Below are positions 45,386 through 55,691 of a stretch of DNA of 64,000 nt, in pieces. The DNA is from an uncultured delta proteobacterium (lineage in GTDB: Bacteria; Desulfobacterota; BSN033; UBA1163). A program made the position numbers and the translations under genes. A model generated the notes under the pieces. That model was not told the DNA's origin and did no database searches. It saw only the letters and a list, made by a program, of their open reading frames with translations. Numbering within the stretch: position 1 is the stretch's first letter; each line of letters begins with the position of its first letter. The DNA lies in assembly GCA_963711845.1 (NCBI GenBank), contig CAVQFR010000015.1, forward strand, positions 79,015 through 143,014, read 5' to 3'.

Positions 45386-47164
45386 CTAAAACGGATATTT
45401 TCCCATTTTAATCACGGAATCTGCGATTTCCCGTCTCAAGGCGATCGTATTCACAGGGGTAAAACGGGTCAGTTTCTTGAGGGCGGATAACTGTGTCCTG
45501 AGGATATCGCCTTCCGCAATGGCAGCAAAGGCCTGTTTCGCAAAACTTTCTACCCGATTAAAGGCATCATTCACATAAACCTTGACCATGGCCTTCTGAA
45601 TCTGAGACTTTTCATCGCCGAACTTCTCGGCAGTCTTCATGGCTCTGAGAAGAGCGCTCTCCATAGCAAAGACCTCAATCACAATATCACTGATCGAAGC
45701 TATGATCTCTTGCTCGTCTGCCAGCTTCATCATATATTTCTGAACTGCAGCTCCTGCGACCAAAAGGCCGATCTTCTTTGACATCTCCACCATTTCCGCC
45801 TGCAGGGTAAGCTTCCCGTCATCCGTCTCTACTTTGGGCCGAAGGGTGAGAAGCTCATTGGCCACCTTCTGAGCTGCAGCGAGAACAGGGAGACGGTTTT
45901 TCATGGCCCGTTTCGTCAACATATCCACGATGAGGAGACGATTGATCTCATTCGTCCCTTCCCAGATCCGGTTAATCCGGGAATCTCGATATCCCCGCTC
46001 GATCGCATAATCATGGATATACCCATATCCCCCGTGGACCTGAACGGCTTCATCCACAATATAATCCAGCATTTCTGACCCATAAACTTTGTTGATGGAG
46101 TCCTCAATAGCATACTCCTCTATTCCTTTCGCCATTTGAACCCCAACATCCTCGGCATGATGATCAATGCGTTGGAGAATCCGATCGACCAAAGCCGCGG
46201 TTCGGTAGACCATGCTCTCGACAGTAAAAGTCCGAATGGCCATCTCTGCGATCTTATGTTTGATCAAGCCGAATTCTGCGATCGGCTTGCCGAACTGAAC
46301 CCTCTGCTTCGCATAGGTCACAGCATCCTGCAGCGCATTCTTTGATGCTCCCACGCACCCTGCGCCCAGCTTAAAGCGACCAATGTTCAGTGTGTTAAAA
46401 GCGACGATATGGCCCTTCCCCACTTCCCCGAGGACATTCTCCACGGGTACCTTGGCATCGGTGAAGATGACGCTTCGTGTGGAGGACCCCTTCATCCCCA
46501 TCTTATTCTCTTCTTCATCTACGGAGACCCCTTCGAACTTTCGTTCGACAATGAAGGAGGTGAATTTGTCCCCATCCACTTTGGCATAGGTGACGAAGAC
46601 ATCCGCAAAGCCGGCATTGGAGATGAACTGCTTCTGACCGTTTAGAATATAGTACTTCCCATCCGGGCTGAGCATTGCAACGGTCTTGGCGTTCATGGCA
46701 TCTGATCCGGCCTCGGGTTCCGTCAGGGCATAGGCAGTGATCATTTCTCCGGTAGCAATTTTAGGAAGATACTTTTTCTTTTGATTCTTATTTCCGAAAA
46801 AGATAATGGGAAGAGAACCAATGCCTGTATGGACAGCGTAGGCCACCATGAAGGACCCCCCTCCCTGAGACATTTTCTCCATCATCAAGAGGACGCTGAC
46901 CTTATCCAATCCCTGTCCCCCATCTTCCTCGGTGATGTCTCCGGAGAGTAAACCCAATTCTCCTGCCTTCTTAACCAAACTCGGCAGGAGGCCTTCTTTC
47001 TGCGTTTCAATATCATCTAGCTGAGGTTGAACCTCCCCCACGACGAATTCCGTAGCCGCTTTCCCAATCAACCTCTGCTCCTCTGAAAATTCCTCCGGGG
47101 TGAAAATTGCCTGAGGAGAAATCGATTCAATCAGAAATGCTCCCCCCCTCACGAACTCTTCCAT
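45386..47164 (-). CDS. fadE: Acyl-CoA dehydrogenase, long FadE type
   Basis: 592-aa ORF. By eye it is roughly 85 percent identical to the product of 25988-27772, with long identical runs, for example NRLPVLAAAQKVANELLTLRPKVETDDGKLTLQ. Last gene of a fadN-fadA-fadE-like operon. Confidence 0.9.
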   Translation of the reverse strand: MEEFVRGGAFLIESISPQAIFTPEEFSEEQRLIGKAATEFVVGEVQPQLDDIETQKEGLLPSLVKKAGELGLLSGDITEEDGGQGLDKVSVLLMMEKMSQGGGSFMVAYAVHTGIGSLPIIFFGNKNQKKKYLPKIATGEMITAYALTEPEAGSDAMNAKTVAMLSPDGKYYILNGQKQFISNAGFADVFVTYAKVDGDKFTSFIVERKFEGVSVDEEENKMGMKGSSTRSVIFTDAKVPVENVLGEVGKGHIVAFNTLNIGRFKLGAGCVGASKNALQDAVTYAKQRVQFGKPIAEFGLIKHKIAEMAIRTFTVESMVYRTAALVDRILQRIDHHAEDVGVQMAKGIEEYAIEDSINKVYGSEMLDYIVDEAVQVHGGYGYIHDYAIERGYRDSRINRIWEGTNEINRLLIVDMLTKRAMKNRLPVLAAAQKVANELLTLRPKVETDDGKLTLQAEMVEMSKKIGLLVAGAAVQKYMMKLADEQEIIASISDIVIEVFAMESALLRAMKTAEKFGDEKSQIQKAMVKVYVNDAFNRVESFAKQAFAAIAEGDILRTQLSALKKLTRFTPVNTIALRREIADSVIKMGKYPF

Positions 47165-47272
47165 AGAAACCTCCTCTCAAATGACCATTGCAAAATTAAC
47201 AGTGCAGAATTAGCATTGCAAAATCCGCTTCGTCTTGAAAACAGCCATTGCTAATTGCTAACTTAACAATTT
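47165..47272. repeat. AT-rich leader with two ATTGCAAAAT copies (47187-47196 and 47215-47224) plus GCTAATTGCTAA words
   Basis: Read directly. On the coding (minus) strand the proximal copy reads ATTTTGCAAT, 22 nt upstream of the fadE ATG. Confidence 0.6.
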
Positions 47273-48460
47273 TCATTTTGCATTGATGTTTTCAAAGACT
47301 CCGGCTGCTCCCATCCCTCCTCCAATACACATGGTCACGAGACCATAACGAACATTTCTCCGCTTCATTTCGTAAAGTAACATAGTTGTCAACTTAGCCC
47401 CTGTGCATCCTAAAGGATGGCCCACCGCAATCGCCCCTCCGTTGACATTGACAATATCCAAATTCAATCCCAACTCACGAATGACATAGAGGGATTGGGA
47501 GGCAAAGGCTTCGTTCAGCTCAACCAGTCCGATATCCTTAATCGTAAGACCTGCTTTCTTAAGAGCCTTGGGAACAGCATAAGCAGGACCCACCCCCATG
47601 ATTTCAGGCGGAACCCCGGCTACCGCAAAGGATCGGAAGGTGGCCATCGGTTTTAACTTCAGCGCCGCTGCCTTCTCTTTCGACATTAAAACCAAAGCGG
47701 CTGCTCCATCACTCGTCTGGGATGAATTGCCAGCTGTCACCGTCCCTTTCGCTTTGAAAACGGATTTGAGACTTGCCATCCCTTCCAGAGACGCATCGTA
47801 TCGGACTCCTTCATCCGTGTCAAAGGTAACCTCTTTCACAACAACCGTTCCGTCTTCTTTGATCTCCTTCACTTTTGCAGGAATAGGAAGGACCTCCTCC
47901 TTAAACTTCCCCTCCTTGATGGCTTTCGCTGCTTTCTGGTGACTCAGGAGCGCAAAACGATCCTGTTCCTCTCTCGTAATCCCAAATTTCTCAGCCACGT
48001 TCTCTGCGGTGAGACCCATGGAGGTATACGCCTGGGGATTGTGCTCAACCAAATACGGATTGGGCGAAGGCGTCAAACCCATGATGGGAACCTGACTCAT
48101 AAACTCCACACCTCCGGCAATCATCACATCCACACCCCCGACCATGATCTCATAGGCTGCCGTGGCAATAGCCTGCAGCCCTGACGAACAGAACCGATTC
48201 ACGGTCTGTCCCGGGACCGTGTACGGAAACCCTGCCCTCATCGCCACGACCCTCGCAAGGTTCAACCCCTGATCGGATTCGGGAAAGGCACACCCCAGGA
48301 CGAAATCGTCTACTTCCTCTAATTTGAGGCCAGGGGCCCTTGCAACAGCTTCTTTGATAACCATCGCTGCAATGTCATCGGGACGTGTATCCTTTAGAAT
48401 CCCTCGTGGGGCCTTCCCCACCGCCGTCCTTACTGCTGAAACTACCACTGCTTCTTTCAT
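47273..48460 (-). CDS. fadA: Acetyl-CoA C-acyltransferase (thiolase I, FadA type)
   Basis: 395-aa ORF with [29 protein letters not shown] and a C-terminal [11 protein letters not shown]. Confidence 0.9.
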   Translation of the reverse strand: MKEAVVVSAVRTAVGKAPRGILKDTRPDDIAAMVIKEAVARAPGLKLEEVDDFVLGCAFPESDQGLNLARVVAMRAGFPYTVPGQTVNRFCSSGLQAIATAAYEIMVGGVDVMIAGGVEFMSQVPIMGLTPSPNPYLVEHNPQAYTSMGLTAENVAEKFGITREEQDRFALLSHQKAAKAIKEGKFKEEVLPIPAKVKEIKEDGTVVVKEVTFDTDEGVRYDASLEGMASLKSVFKAKGTVTAGNSSQTSDGAAALVLMSKEKAAALKLKPMATFRSFAVAGVPPEIMGVGPAYAVPKALKKAGLTIKDIGLVELNEAFASQSLYVIRELGLNLDIVNVNGGAIAVGHPLGCTGAKLTTMLLYEMKRRNVRYGLVTMCIGGGMGAAGVFENINAK

Positions 48461-48573
48461 AAAGCCTCCATCCTTTAAAGATCACTGAAAATTGCAAAAT
48501 ATATAGTTAGCAATTATCAATGTCTTTCTCTTCATTGTTAATTTTGCATTGTTAATTGATCATTTTGCATTGA
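48461..48573. repeat. AT-rich intergenic word repeats with ATTGCAAAAT (48491-48500) and inverted ATTTTGCATT copies (48541-48550 and 48562-48571)
   Basis: Read directly, between fadN and fadA. Confidence 0.6.
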
Positions 48574-50986
48574 TTAGTTTCTCAACGGTTTTCCCGTCTT
48601 CAACGTATACTGCATTCTCTCCTGGGTCTTCGCCTCACCACAGAGGCTCATAAAAGCCTCTCTCTCCAGATCCAGAATGTATTGTTCTGTCACCTCGGTC
48701 CCGTCTGGTAAATTCCCTCCGGACATAACGTAAGCCACCTTCTTTGCCACGTGTTCATCGTGTTGGCTGATATAGCCCCCCTCTCTCATATAGAAGAGCC
48801 CCATCTGAAGAAGAGCATATCCTTTTTCACCCATGACCTTAATATTCCTCTTGGGCTGGGGGGGACGATAGCCTTCTCCCGCAAGATCAAGGACTGTTTT
48901 CTTGGCGTTGTGAATGAGGTAGTCTCGATTGATCGTGATCTTGTCAGTGGGTCTCATATAGCCCAATTTTTGGGCTTCTTTGGCGCTGGTAGCCACCTTT
49001 GCCATGGCCACGGTCTCGAAAGCCTGTCGTACGAACGGAAGCAGGTCGGCATCCGCGACGCCGGATGGAATACCTTCGGTACACCGGAGCAACATCTCCT
49101 TCGTTCCACCTCCTGCAGGAATCAGCCCGACACCTATTTCCACAAGGCCCATGTACGTCTCGGCGGCGGCCCGCATCTTCGCACACGCGAGACAGATCTC
49201 GCACCCTCCTGCCAAGGTAAGCCCGAAGGGAGCGGCGACGACCGGCTTCTCAAAATATTTAATCGCCATCAGTGTATCTTGAAAAGCTTTTACAGAAGCC
49301 TCAATATCATCCCAGTTCTCATCCTGAATTTCAAAAAGCATGAGCATCAGGTTGGCCCCTACCGAAAAATTTTCGCTTTGGTTTCCGATCACCAGACCTT
49401 CGAATTTCTCTTCCACTTCCTTCAGACCGTCCCTCATCATCTGGATGGTATCGGTTCCAATGGAGTTCATCTTGGAATGAAACTCGATACAGGCCACCCC
49501 GTCACCGAGGTCGATCAGGCTTGCCCCAGGATTTGAAAGGATGGTCTTATTTCGATCTTTCAAGCTCGGTAAAAGGATGATCTCCGGTTTTTCTTCGACC
49601 GCCCGGTTTTGGCTTGCTCCCAGATCAAAGTAAGAAAGATGACCCTCCTTTCTTCTCATAAAAAGAGGAATATCCTTTGCTGAGAAGCCGTTCCACCAGC
49701 GGAGGAATCGTTTCTCCCTCTTTCTCCATTCTCTTAACCGAGGGTTTCAGACCCATGGCATCCCACAGTTCAAAGGGCCCGAGTTCCCAGTTGTATCCCC
49801 ACTTCATGGCCCGATCGATATTGACGATGTCATCGGAAATCTCGGGAATCCTTTCCGCAGAGTAGAGCAGGGTCTTTTTCAATATCTTCCAGGCGAACTG
49901 TCCTCCCCGATCCGGACTCATCACGAAACTCTTGACTCGCTCTCTCACGTCCTCGATGTTCTTTGCCATTTCGAGAGAGGGAAGATTCACCTTCTGCTGG
50001 GGTCGGTATTCAAGCTTTTCATAATCCAGAACCAGAGTTTCTTCTTTCCCCTCGCCTTTCACCTTTTTATAAAAGCCCTGCTTCGTCTTCAGGCCCAGCC
50101 ACTGGTTCTTGATCATCTGTTCAATAAAGGGAGAGGGTGCAAAACAATCTCTCTCCTTTCCCGCTGGGAGGCTCTCATAGAGATTTTTGGAAACATGGGC
50201 CATGATATCCAGGCCAACCAGATCGCCGAGCTTGAAGGTGCCCATTTTCGGCCTTCCGATGGCAGGACCCGTGATCTGATCGACCTCTTCAATCCGATAG
50301 CCGTCCTCGATCATCGTTCTCATTGTGACAGCGCCTGCGAAGGCTCCCACCCGATTGCCGATGAAATTGGGTGTATCTTTGGCATAGACCACACCTTTCC
50401 CTACGATCCTCTCTCCCACATCCGCCATTCTTTCCACAACGCTTTTGGAAGTAGCCGGAACCGGGATGATCTCAAGAAGTTTCATATATCTCGGCGGATT
50501 AAAGAAATGAGTTCCCAAGAACCTCTCCTGGAAGTCCCTGGAGAACCCCTCGCACATCTTCTGAATAGAGATACCGGAGGTATTGGAGCTGATCACTGTC
50601 CCTTCTTTTAAGAAGGGGATCAGTTTCTTGAAGAGGGCTCTCTTCGTATTCAGGTCCTCGATGACTACTTCGATGATCCAATCCGCCTGGGCCACCCAGG
50701 AGAGGTGATCTTCAAAGTTCCCTACGGAGATGAGCTCCGCATCCTCCTTCAAATAGAGGGAGGCGGGCTTTGATTCTTGAATTCTCTTCTTCCCCGAAAC
50801 AGCGAACCGATTTCTCACCTCCGGGCTTTCCAGGGTCAGCCCCTTCTTCTTTTCCGCTTCTGTCATCTCCGGAGGTACAATATCAAGGAGAAAGGAAGGA
50901 ATGCCTACATTTGCCAGGTGGGCAGCAATCGCGCTTCCCATCATGCCTGCCCCTAATACCGCTGCTTTCTTGATCTTCTGTTTCAT
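48574..50986 (-). pseudogene. fadN: 3-hydroxyacyl-CoA dehydrogenase / enoyl-CoA hydratase, FadN-type architecture (as I recall for Bacillus FadN), split by one +1 frameshift
   Basis: The N-terminal 453-aa ORF is the dehydrogenase part (AAVLGAGMMGSAIAAHLA). The C-terminal 361-aa ORF is the crotonase-like part. The two overlap by 35 nt (49625-49659), with ..SFYEKK / EGHLSYFDLG reading through. There is no SD sequence before the second ORF. Confidence 0.85.
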
Positions 50987-50989
50987 CGT

Positions 50990-51808
50990 TCAACCCCTTT
51001 TTGCTCTGATAAAAGCATTGATTAGATTCTGTTTGGAAATTTGTCCCCCGGTCACAAAACGAAATCGGTCTCCCCCGCCTAGGAGTTTCCGCCGAATCTC
51101 ATGAGGAGACAAGCCCTGTTGAAGCCCTTTCTCGACACCGTTCTTGAGCTGTTCTAAATAGTCCATCTTTTGATGAATCGCCTCCTTCGGCCTATCGATG
51201 ACACCGCTGAAGGAACAGAACATCCTTTTAAGTTGGAGAGTGGCGATCCTTTTCAGGGAGTCGAGGACCGAATAGATATCTTCATCGTCTCTCAAATATC
51301 TCAAATGCTCACCGATAAAGAGGTCTCCGGAGAAGAGCCATCCTTCGTTTGGTTCGTAAAGGCAGATATGGTCATCGGTATGCCCGGGTGTAGGGATCAC
51401 CAGAAAACGGAATTTTGAACTTTGAATTTCTGAATCCACTGGCCCCGTCTTTGAAGGCTGAGGACATCCCCAGACGACCCGTCGATAAAATGGCATCCAC
51501 TGAGACGGAGCCTGTAAATAAGACGATGTCTTGGAATGCGCCAGTGGAAGGAGGCCATACTTTTTCGTCATCCAGAAGTTATTCCCGGTGTGATCCTCAT
51601 GGTGGTGTGTATTGACAACGGTCTCGGGATGGAGTGTATCCAGAAGTTTCATAAATCGATCTCGACCGCGGGTGAATCCCGTATCGATCAGCAGCCCATC
51701 TACAAAAAAGGCATAAACCTTAAAAAGAGGGAGGCCCGCAAACCGGCTGACCATTCGAATCGAATTCACAGGACCATTTGGGATAAAATGTATCGAAACC
51801 CGATTCAC
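50990..51808 (-). CDS. MBL-fold metallo-hydrolase
   Basis: HHHEDHTGN (HxHxDH) motif. The GTG start at 51808 overlaps the TetR stop as GTGA. An alternative start is Met19. Confidence 0.8.
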   Translation of the reverse strand: MNRVSIHFIPNGPVNSIRMVSRFAGLPLFKVYAFFVDGLLIDTGFTRGRDRFMKLLDTLHPETVVNTHHHEDHTGNNFWMTKKYGLLPLAHSKTSSYLQAPSQWMPFYRRVVWGCPQPSKTGPVDSEIQSSKFRFLVIPTPGHTDDHICLYEPNEGWLFSGDLFIGEHLRYLRDDEDIYSVLDSLKRIATLQLKRMFCSFSGVIDRPKEAIHQKMDYLEQLKNGVEKGLQQGLSPHEIRRKLLGGGDRFRFVTGGQISKQNLINAFIRAKRG

Positions 51809-52390
51809 GTCCTACTCGACTTGACGACAACTCCATGCATGACGAAATGGATAAACTCATTCGTCTGGTTTGATCCAAGGGGCCGGGCAGGGCTACTTCT
51901 CCCATACGTCAGACCTTTAAATAGCAAGAAAATACAACGACCGACCACCTTCCCGTCCATTTTGCGAAAGACACCCTTTTTGACACCCTCTTTGAGAATA
52001 TTGAAGATAATCTCCTCAATCCCCTGTTCAATAATACAGGGTTTGTCTCTTCAGGAAAGGTGCAAAGAATCCGGATTCATCATGGAGGACACTCACGATG
52101 AATGGGTTGTGATTGAGGTATTTGATGGCTAATCGGATGTACGTTTGAAGCCTTTCCGCCGGCTCAACGATCTTTTTGATCTGGTTCAGAATGACCTTTC
52201 GAACCGATAAGGCCTCAAACATAAAAAGTTCTTCGAGAATCTTCTCCTTACTTTCAAATTCTTGATACAGGGTTCGCTTTGAAATACCGGCGTCTCTGGC
52301 AATCTCATCAACCGTGGTTTTGTTAAAACCAAACCTTTCAAATCTTTTCTTGGCAAGCTTAAGAGCTTGATTTCTCTTTTCGGATTCCAT
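51805..52390 (-). pseudogene. TetR/AcrR family regulator with one +1 frameshift
   Basis: The N-terminal HTH (KLAKKRFERFGFNKTTVDEIARDAGISKRTLYQEFESKEKIL) is in the frame of ORF 52028-52390. The C-terminal domain (IEQGIEEIIFNILKEGVKKGVFRKMDGKVVGRCIFLLFKGLTYG...) is in the next frame and runs to the TGA at 51805-51807. Confidence 0.75.
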
Positions 52391-52397
52391 AACTAGA

Positions 52398-52412
52398 AAA
52401 CTAATTTAGTTT
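52398..52412. promoter_or_regulatory. Perfect dyad AAACTAA-t-TTAGTTT, 8 nt upstream of the TetR start codon
   Basis: Read directly. Two TTGACA-like hexamers lie further upstream on the minus strand (52440-52470). Confidence 0.35.
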
Positions 52413-52713
52413 CCTGTCTTCTACCACAAACCCCCAGGAGTGTCAAGAAAATTTTGTCAATGATGAAGAAAAAGAGATAGAATTGTCTTGGGTCCAACGA
52501 GAGCATTTATTCCAAAAATATCCAAGAGATATCCGGTCATTTTCCACGGCAGAACATCCCCGGCACCCTCTCTTGGCTTCTTGAGGAAAACGACAGAGGT
52601 AAGGTTTATCGACGCAGGAAAGAATCAGGCCAACAAATACCTTAAAACTAAAATGGTTTGCGAGTATACCCCCCTGGGAGATATCTCTCTGTCCTCAGGG
52701 AGATCGGCGCAAT

Positions 52714-53946
52714 TTACTCGGCCGGGTCGCCCCCGACCTGTACAACTGCCCCATCTCCCTGGGCTAATCCTCCGCAGATGGAGGCCACCCCAATTCCTCC
52801 CCCCCTTCTTCTCAATTCATAGATCAGGGTCATCAGAATCCTGGCTCCGCTGGCCCCCACGGGATGACCGATGGCAATGGCACCCCCATTGACATTCGTC
52901 TTCTCCAGGAGGGCTTTCATCTTTTCGGAATTTCCATCCGCCAAAATTTTTGCGCTCACCAAAGGCATAGCGGCAAATGCTTCATTGATCTCAATGAGAT
53001 CTACTTGATCGAGAGTTCTTTGGGCCTTTTCCAGAGCCCTTTGGATGGTGAAGCCCGGGATGGCAGCGATGAGACGGGGTGTTGTGGCTGTGGCAACCAT
53101 CGAGAGGATTTTGGCTAAAGGCTTAAGCCCCTTCTCCCTTGCTTTTTCTTCACTCATGACCAGGATGGCGGAGGCACCCGTATCGAGGCCCGGGGCATTT
53201 CCTGCAGTCACCGTAGGGCTGCCATAGATCAGAGGCAATTTTGAGAGTTTCTCAAGGGTTGTGTCAGGCCTTGGAAACTCATCTTTTTCAAACAGGAGGG
53301 GAGCACCTTTCCTCTGGGGAATTTCAACCTTCATCAACTCCTCCCCTATCTTAAATTTACCTTCCGAGAAAGCCTTGACATACTTCATCTGGCTCTGATA
53401 AGCCCATTGGTCCTGATCCTCCCGTGTGATCCCATACTCAAGGGCCACTTCACCGGCATCCACCGATACAGGATTGAACCCTTTATAACCCAGACCGAAG
53501 AGGCCATCCCATAATTCTACGGAACCCAATCGACTTCCCCAACGTACATAAGGAGGAACTATCAGAGGAGTACGACTCATGTTCTCGGCACCCACTCCCA
53601 AAGCCACTTCAATGTCTCCTGCCCGGATCGCCCTAAACCCCAACCTCACGGCCGCAAGCGACGAACAACAGGCACGGTCAACCGTGATGGAAACAGCGTC
53701 TGAAGGCATCCCTGCCTTGAGCGTGGCCTGTCTCGCAGGAACATCCGTTTCCAGACCCACCTCTCCGGGGACTGCCGATCCATAATAAGTCTCTTCAACC
53801 TCCTCCCCTTTCACATTCACCCTTTTCAAAACCTCCCGGATCACCATGGCCCCCAGCTCGATGGAGGGAATATCTTTGAGGGTCCCCCCGAATTTTCCAA
53901 AGGGCGTTCGAACAGCACTGACGATCACGACATTCTTCTTTTCCAT
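52714..53946 (-). CDS. Acetyl-CoA acetyltransferase (thiolase)
   Basis: The ATG at 53946 is preceded by GGGGGAGAG. Begins MEKKNVVIVSAVRTPFGKFGG, with RACCSSLAAV, NEAFAAMP, GHPVGASGARI and ICGGLAQGDG. Confidence 0.9.
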   Translation of the reverse strand: MEKKNVVIVSAVRTPFGKFGGTLKDIPSIELGAMVIREVLKRVNVKGEEVEETYYGSAVPGEVGLETDVPARQATLKAGMPSDAVSITVDRACCSSLAAVRLGFRAIRAGDIEVALGVGAENMSRTPLIVPPYVRWGSRLGSVELWDGLFGLGYKGFNPVSVDAGEVALEYGITREDQDQWAYQSQMKYVKAFSEGKFKIGEELMKVEIPQRKGAPLLFEKDEFPRPDTTLEKLSKLPLIYGSPTVTAGNAPGLDTGASAILVMSEEKAREKGLKPLAKILSMVATATTPRLIAAIPGFTIQRALEKAQRTLDQVDLIEINEAFAAMPLVSAKILADGNSEKMKALLEKTNVNGGAIAIGHPVGASGARILMTLIYELRRRGGGIGVASICGGLAQGDGAVVQVGGDPAE

Positions 53947-54060
53947 TCTCTCCCCCATTTTCGTCCCCCACCCAAAAAATTGAGTTCCATCTCAATATGG
54001 TCATACCAGAGAAGCTGTGGAAACTTGATTTTCATCGTTTCTCTCCCAGCAATATGTGTG

Positions 54061-54137
54061 TAGCTCGGAGTGATGAGTTCGTAGTTCGGAGAATTTATTT
54101 ATTAAACTCCGAACTCTGAACTCCCAACTCAGAACTT
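54061..54137. repeat. AGTTCGGAG / ACTCCGAACT word hairpin with an AT loop, downstream of livF (locus C)
   Basis: AGTTCGGAG (54083-54091) pairs with ACTCCGAACT (54106-54115). Additional degenerate copies flank the pair. Confidence 0.6.
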
Positions 54138-54143
54138 TATGTT

Positions 54144-54848
54144 TCATAGTCCGAGGTAGCTTTGGCGAATGTGTTGATTCTTAAGCAGGTCTTGGCCGGT
54201 TCCACTTAAAACAATAGAACCATTTTCCAGGACATACCCACGGTGAGAGAGGTTGAGGGAATGGAATACATTCTGCTCCACCAAAAGGATGGTCGTTCCC
54301 TGCTGATTGATCTCTTTGATGATATCGAAGATGGCTTTGACTAAAATAGGGGAAAGACCTAAAGAGGGTTCGTCGAGCATTAAGAGAGCGGGCCTGGACA
54401 TTAATCCCCTTCCGATAGCGAGCATCTGCTGTTCCCCGCCGCTGAGGGTCCCTGCCAATTGGTTTCTCCTCTCCTCCAGCCTTGGAAAAAGTTTGAAGAC
54501 CCACGCCATCGTCTCTTGCCTCATCTTTCTGGCCTTTGGAAATTGAGATCCCATCTCCAAATTTTCAACGACGGTGAGCGTGGGGAAAAGTTGCCGTCCT
54601 TCCGGGATTTGGACAATTCCAAGGGAAACAATTTTTGAAGAGGAGTATTGATGGATGAAATCCCGGTCAAGCTGAATCTCCCCCCGTTTAGGTTTTAGGA
54701 CTCCGGAGATCGTCATCAGGGTAGTGGATTTTCCGGCTCCATTCGAGCCAATGATGGAAACAATTTCTCCCTGATTCACTTCAAGGGAAACACCTCTCAG
54801 TGCCTGGAGATCACCGTAATAGACTTCGATCCCTTTCACTTTCAGCAT
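54144..54848 (-). CDS. livF: HAAT ABC transporter ATP-binding protein LivF type (locus C)
   Basis: Begins MLKVKGIEVYYGDLQALRGVS, with GSNGAGKST, LSGGEQQMLAIGRGL and LLMLDEPSLGLSP. Confidence 0.9.
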   Translation of the reverse strand: MLKVKGIEVYYGDLQALRGVSLEVNQGEIVSIIGSNGAGKSTTLMTISGVLKPKRGEIQLDRDFIHQYSSSKIVSLGIVQIPEGRQLFPTLTVVENLEMGSQFPKARKMRQETMAWVFKLFPRLEERRNQLAGTLSGGEQQMLAIGRGLMSRPALLMLDEPSLGLSPILVKAIFDIIKEINQQGTTILLVEQNVFHSLNLSHRGYVLENGSIVLSGTGQDLLKNQHIRQSYLGL

Positions 54849-55566
54849 TCCCAAATTCCTCTCCCAAGTAAGCCTCGATCACGTGAGGGTTCCTCACGAC
54901 CTCTTCAGGGGTTCCTTCGGCGATCTTTTCTCCATAATTGAGCGCGACCACTCGCTGTGAAAGGGCCATCACCCCCCTCATGACGTGCTCGATCAACAGA
55001 ACGGTAATCCCTCTCTGGTTGACATCCTTCAGAAGTCGAATGAGATCATCCACTTCGGTCGGAGTGAGGCCGGCCATCACCTCATCCAACAGAAGGAGTT
55101 TCGGCTCGGTCGCCAAAGTCCTCGCTAACTCCAAGCGCTTACGATGGGGAAGCGTCAGGCCGGTGGCCAATGTATCTGTTCTATCCTTCAAGCCTGCAAA
55201 TTCAATCGTTTTTAATGCTCTTGAGGTTGCCTCTTGAACATTTTTCGTTCTATTCAGGGCGGCGATCACCACATTCTCTAACACCGTGAGTTGAAGAAAG
55301 GGTTTGACGATTTGAAATGTCCTCACCATTCCCTTCTGACAGATCTGATGGGGTTTGAGATCGATGAGATTCTCTCCTTCAAACCGAATCTCTCCTTCAT
55401 CGGGTTTATAAAAACCGGTAATCGTGTTGAAAAGCGTCGTCTTCCCAGCCCCGTTGGGGCCGATGATTCCTAAAATCTCTCCCTCTTCTAAATTTAAGGA
55501 GACCTGACAGACGGCTTTCAGGCCGCCAAAATTCTTACAGACTCCTTTTAATTCCAATAGAGACAA
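54811..55566 (-). CDS. livG: HAAT ABC transporter ATP-binding protein LivG type (locus C)
   Basis: The likely TTG start at 55566 lies 6 nt after GGAGG. Begins (M)SLLELKGVCKNFGGLKAV, with GPNGAGKTT and LLLLDEVMAGLTP. The upstream part of the track ORF is a translated repeat. Confidence 0.85.
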   Translation of the reverse strand: MSLLELKGVCKNFGGLKAVCQVSLNLEEGEILGIIGPNGAGKTTLFNTITGFYKPDEGEIRFEGENLIDLKPHQICQKGMVRTFQIVKPFLQLTVLENVVIAALNRTKNVQEATSRALKTIEFAGLKDRTDTLATGLTLPHRKRLELARTLATEPKLLLLDEVMAGLTPTEVDDLIRLLKDVNQRGITVLLIEHVMRGVMALSQRVVALNYGEKIAEGTPEEVVRNPHVIEAYLGEEFGNAESERDRSLLR

Positions 55567-55574
55567 CAGAAACC

Positions 55575-55691
55575 TCCGGTTACAAATTCCAAATGACAAA
55601 TCCAAAATAAATCCAGAATCCCAATTTCTAATGACCAAAACACCCCTCACCCCTCCCTCTCCCCTCGGGGGAGAGGGGAAGGGTGAGGGGG
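55575..55691. repeat. AT-rich CAAATTCCAAAT words followed by a GC-rich REP hairpin (55643-55691)
   Basis: CCCCTCACCCCTCCCTCTCCCC-tc-GGGGGAGAGGGGAAGGGTGAGGGGG, between livM and livG. Confidence 0.8.

Noticed and set aside
49625-49659. fadN as two naturally separate genes, a dehydrogenase and a hydratase.
   Set aside because: The 35-nt overlap has no SD sequence before the second ATG. The peptide reads through continuously (SFYEKK/EGHLSYFDLG) after a single-base correction. The break also matches the +1 pattern of the other breaks. A genuine split cannot be excluded without reads.
54811-54854. The 38-44 nt overlap between livG-C and livF-C as another frameshift.
   Set aside because: Both ORFs are full length with all motifs intact. 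LivG merely carries a short tail past AYLGEE. No frame change is needed.
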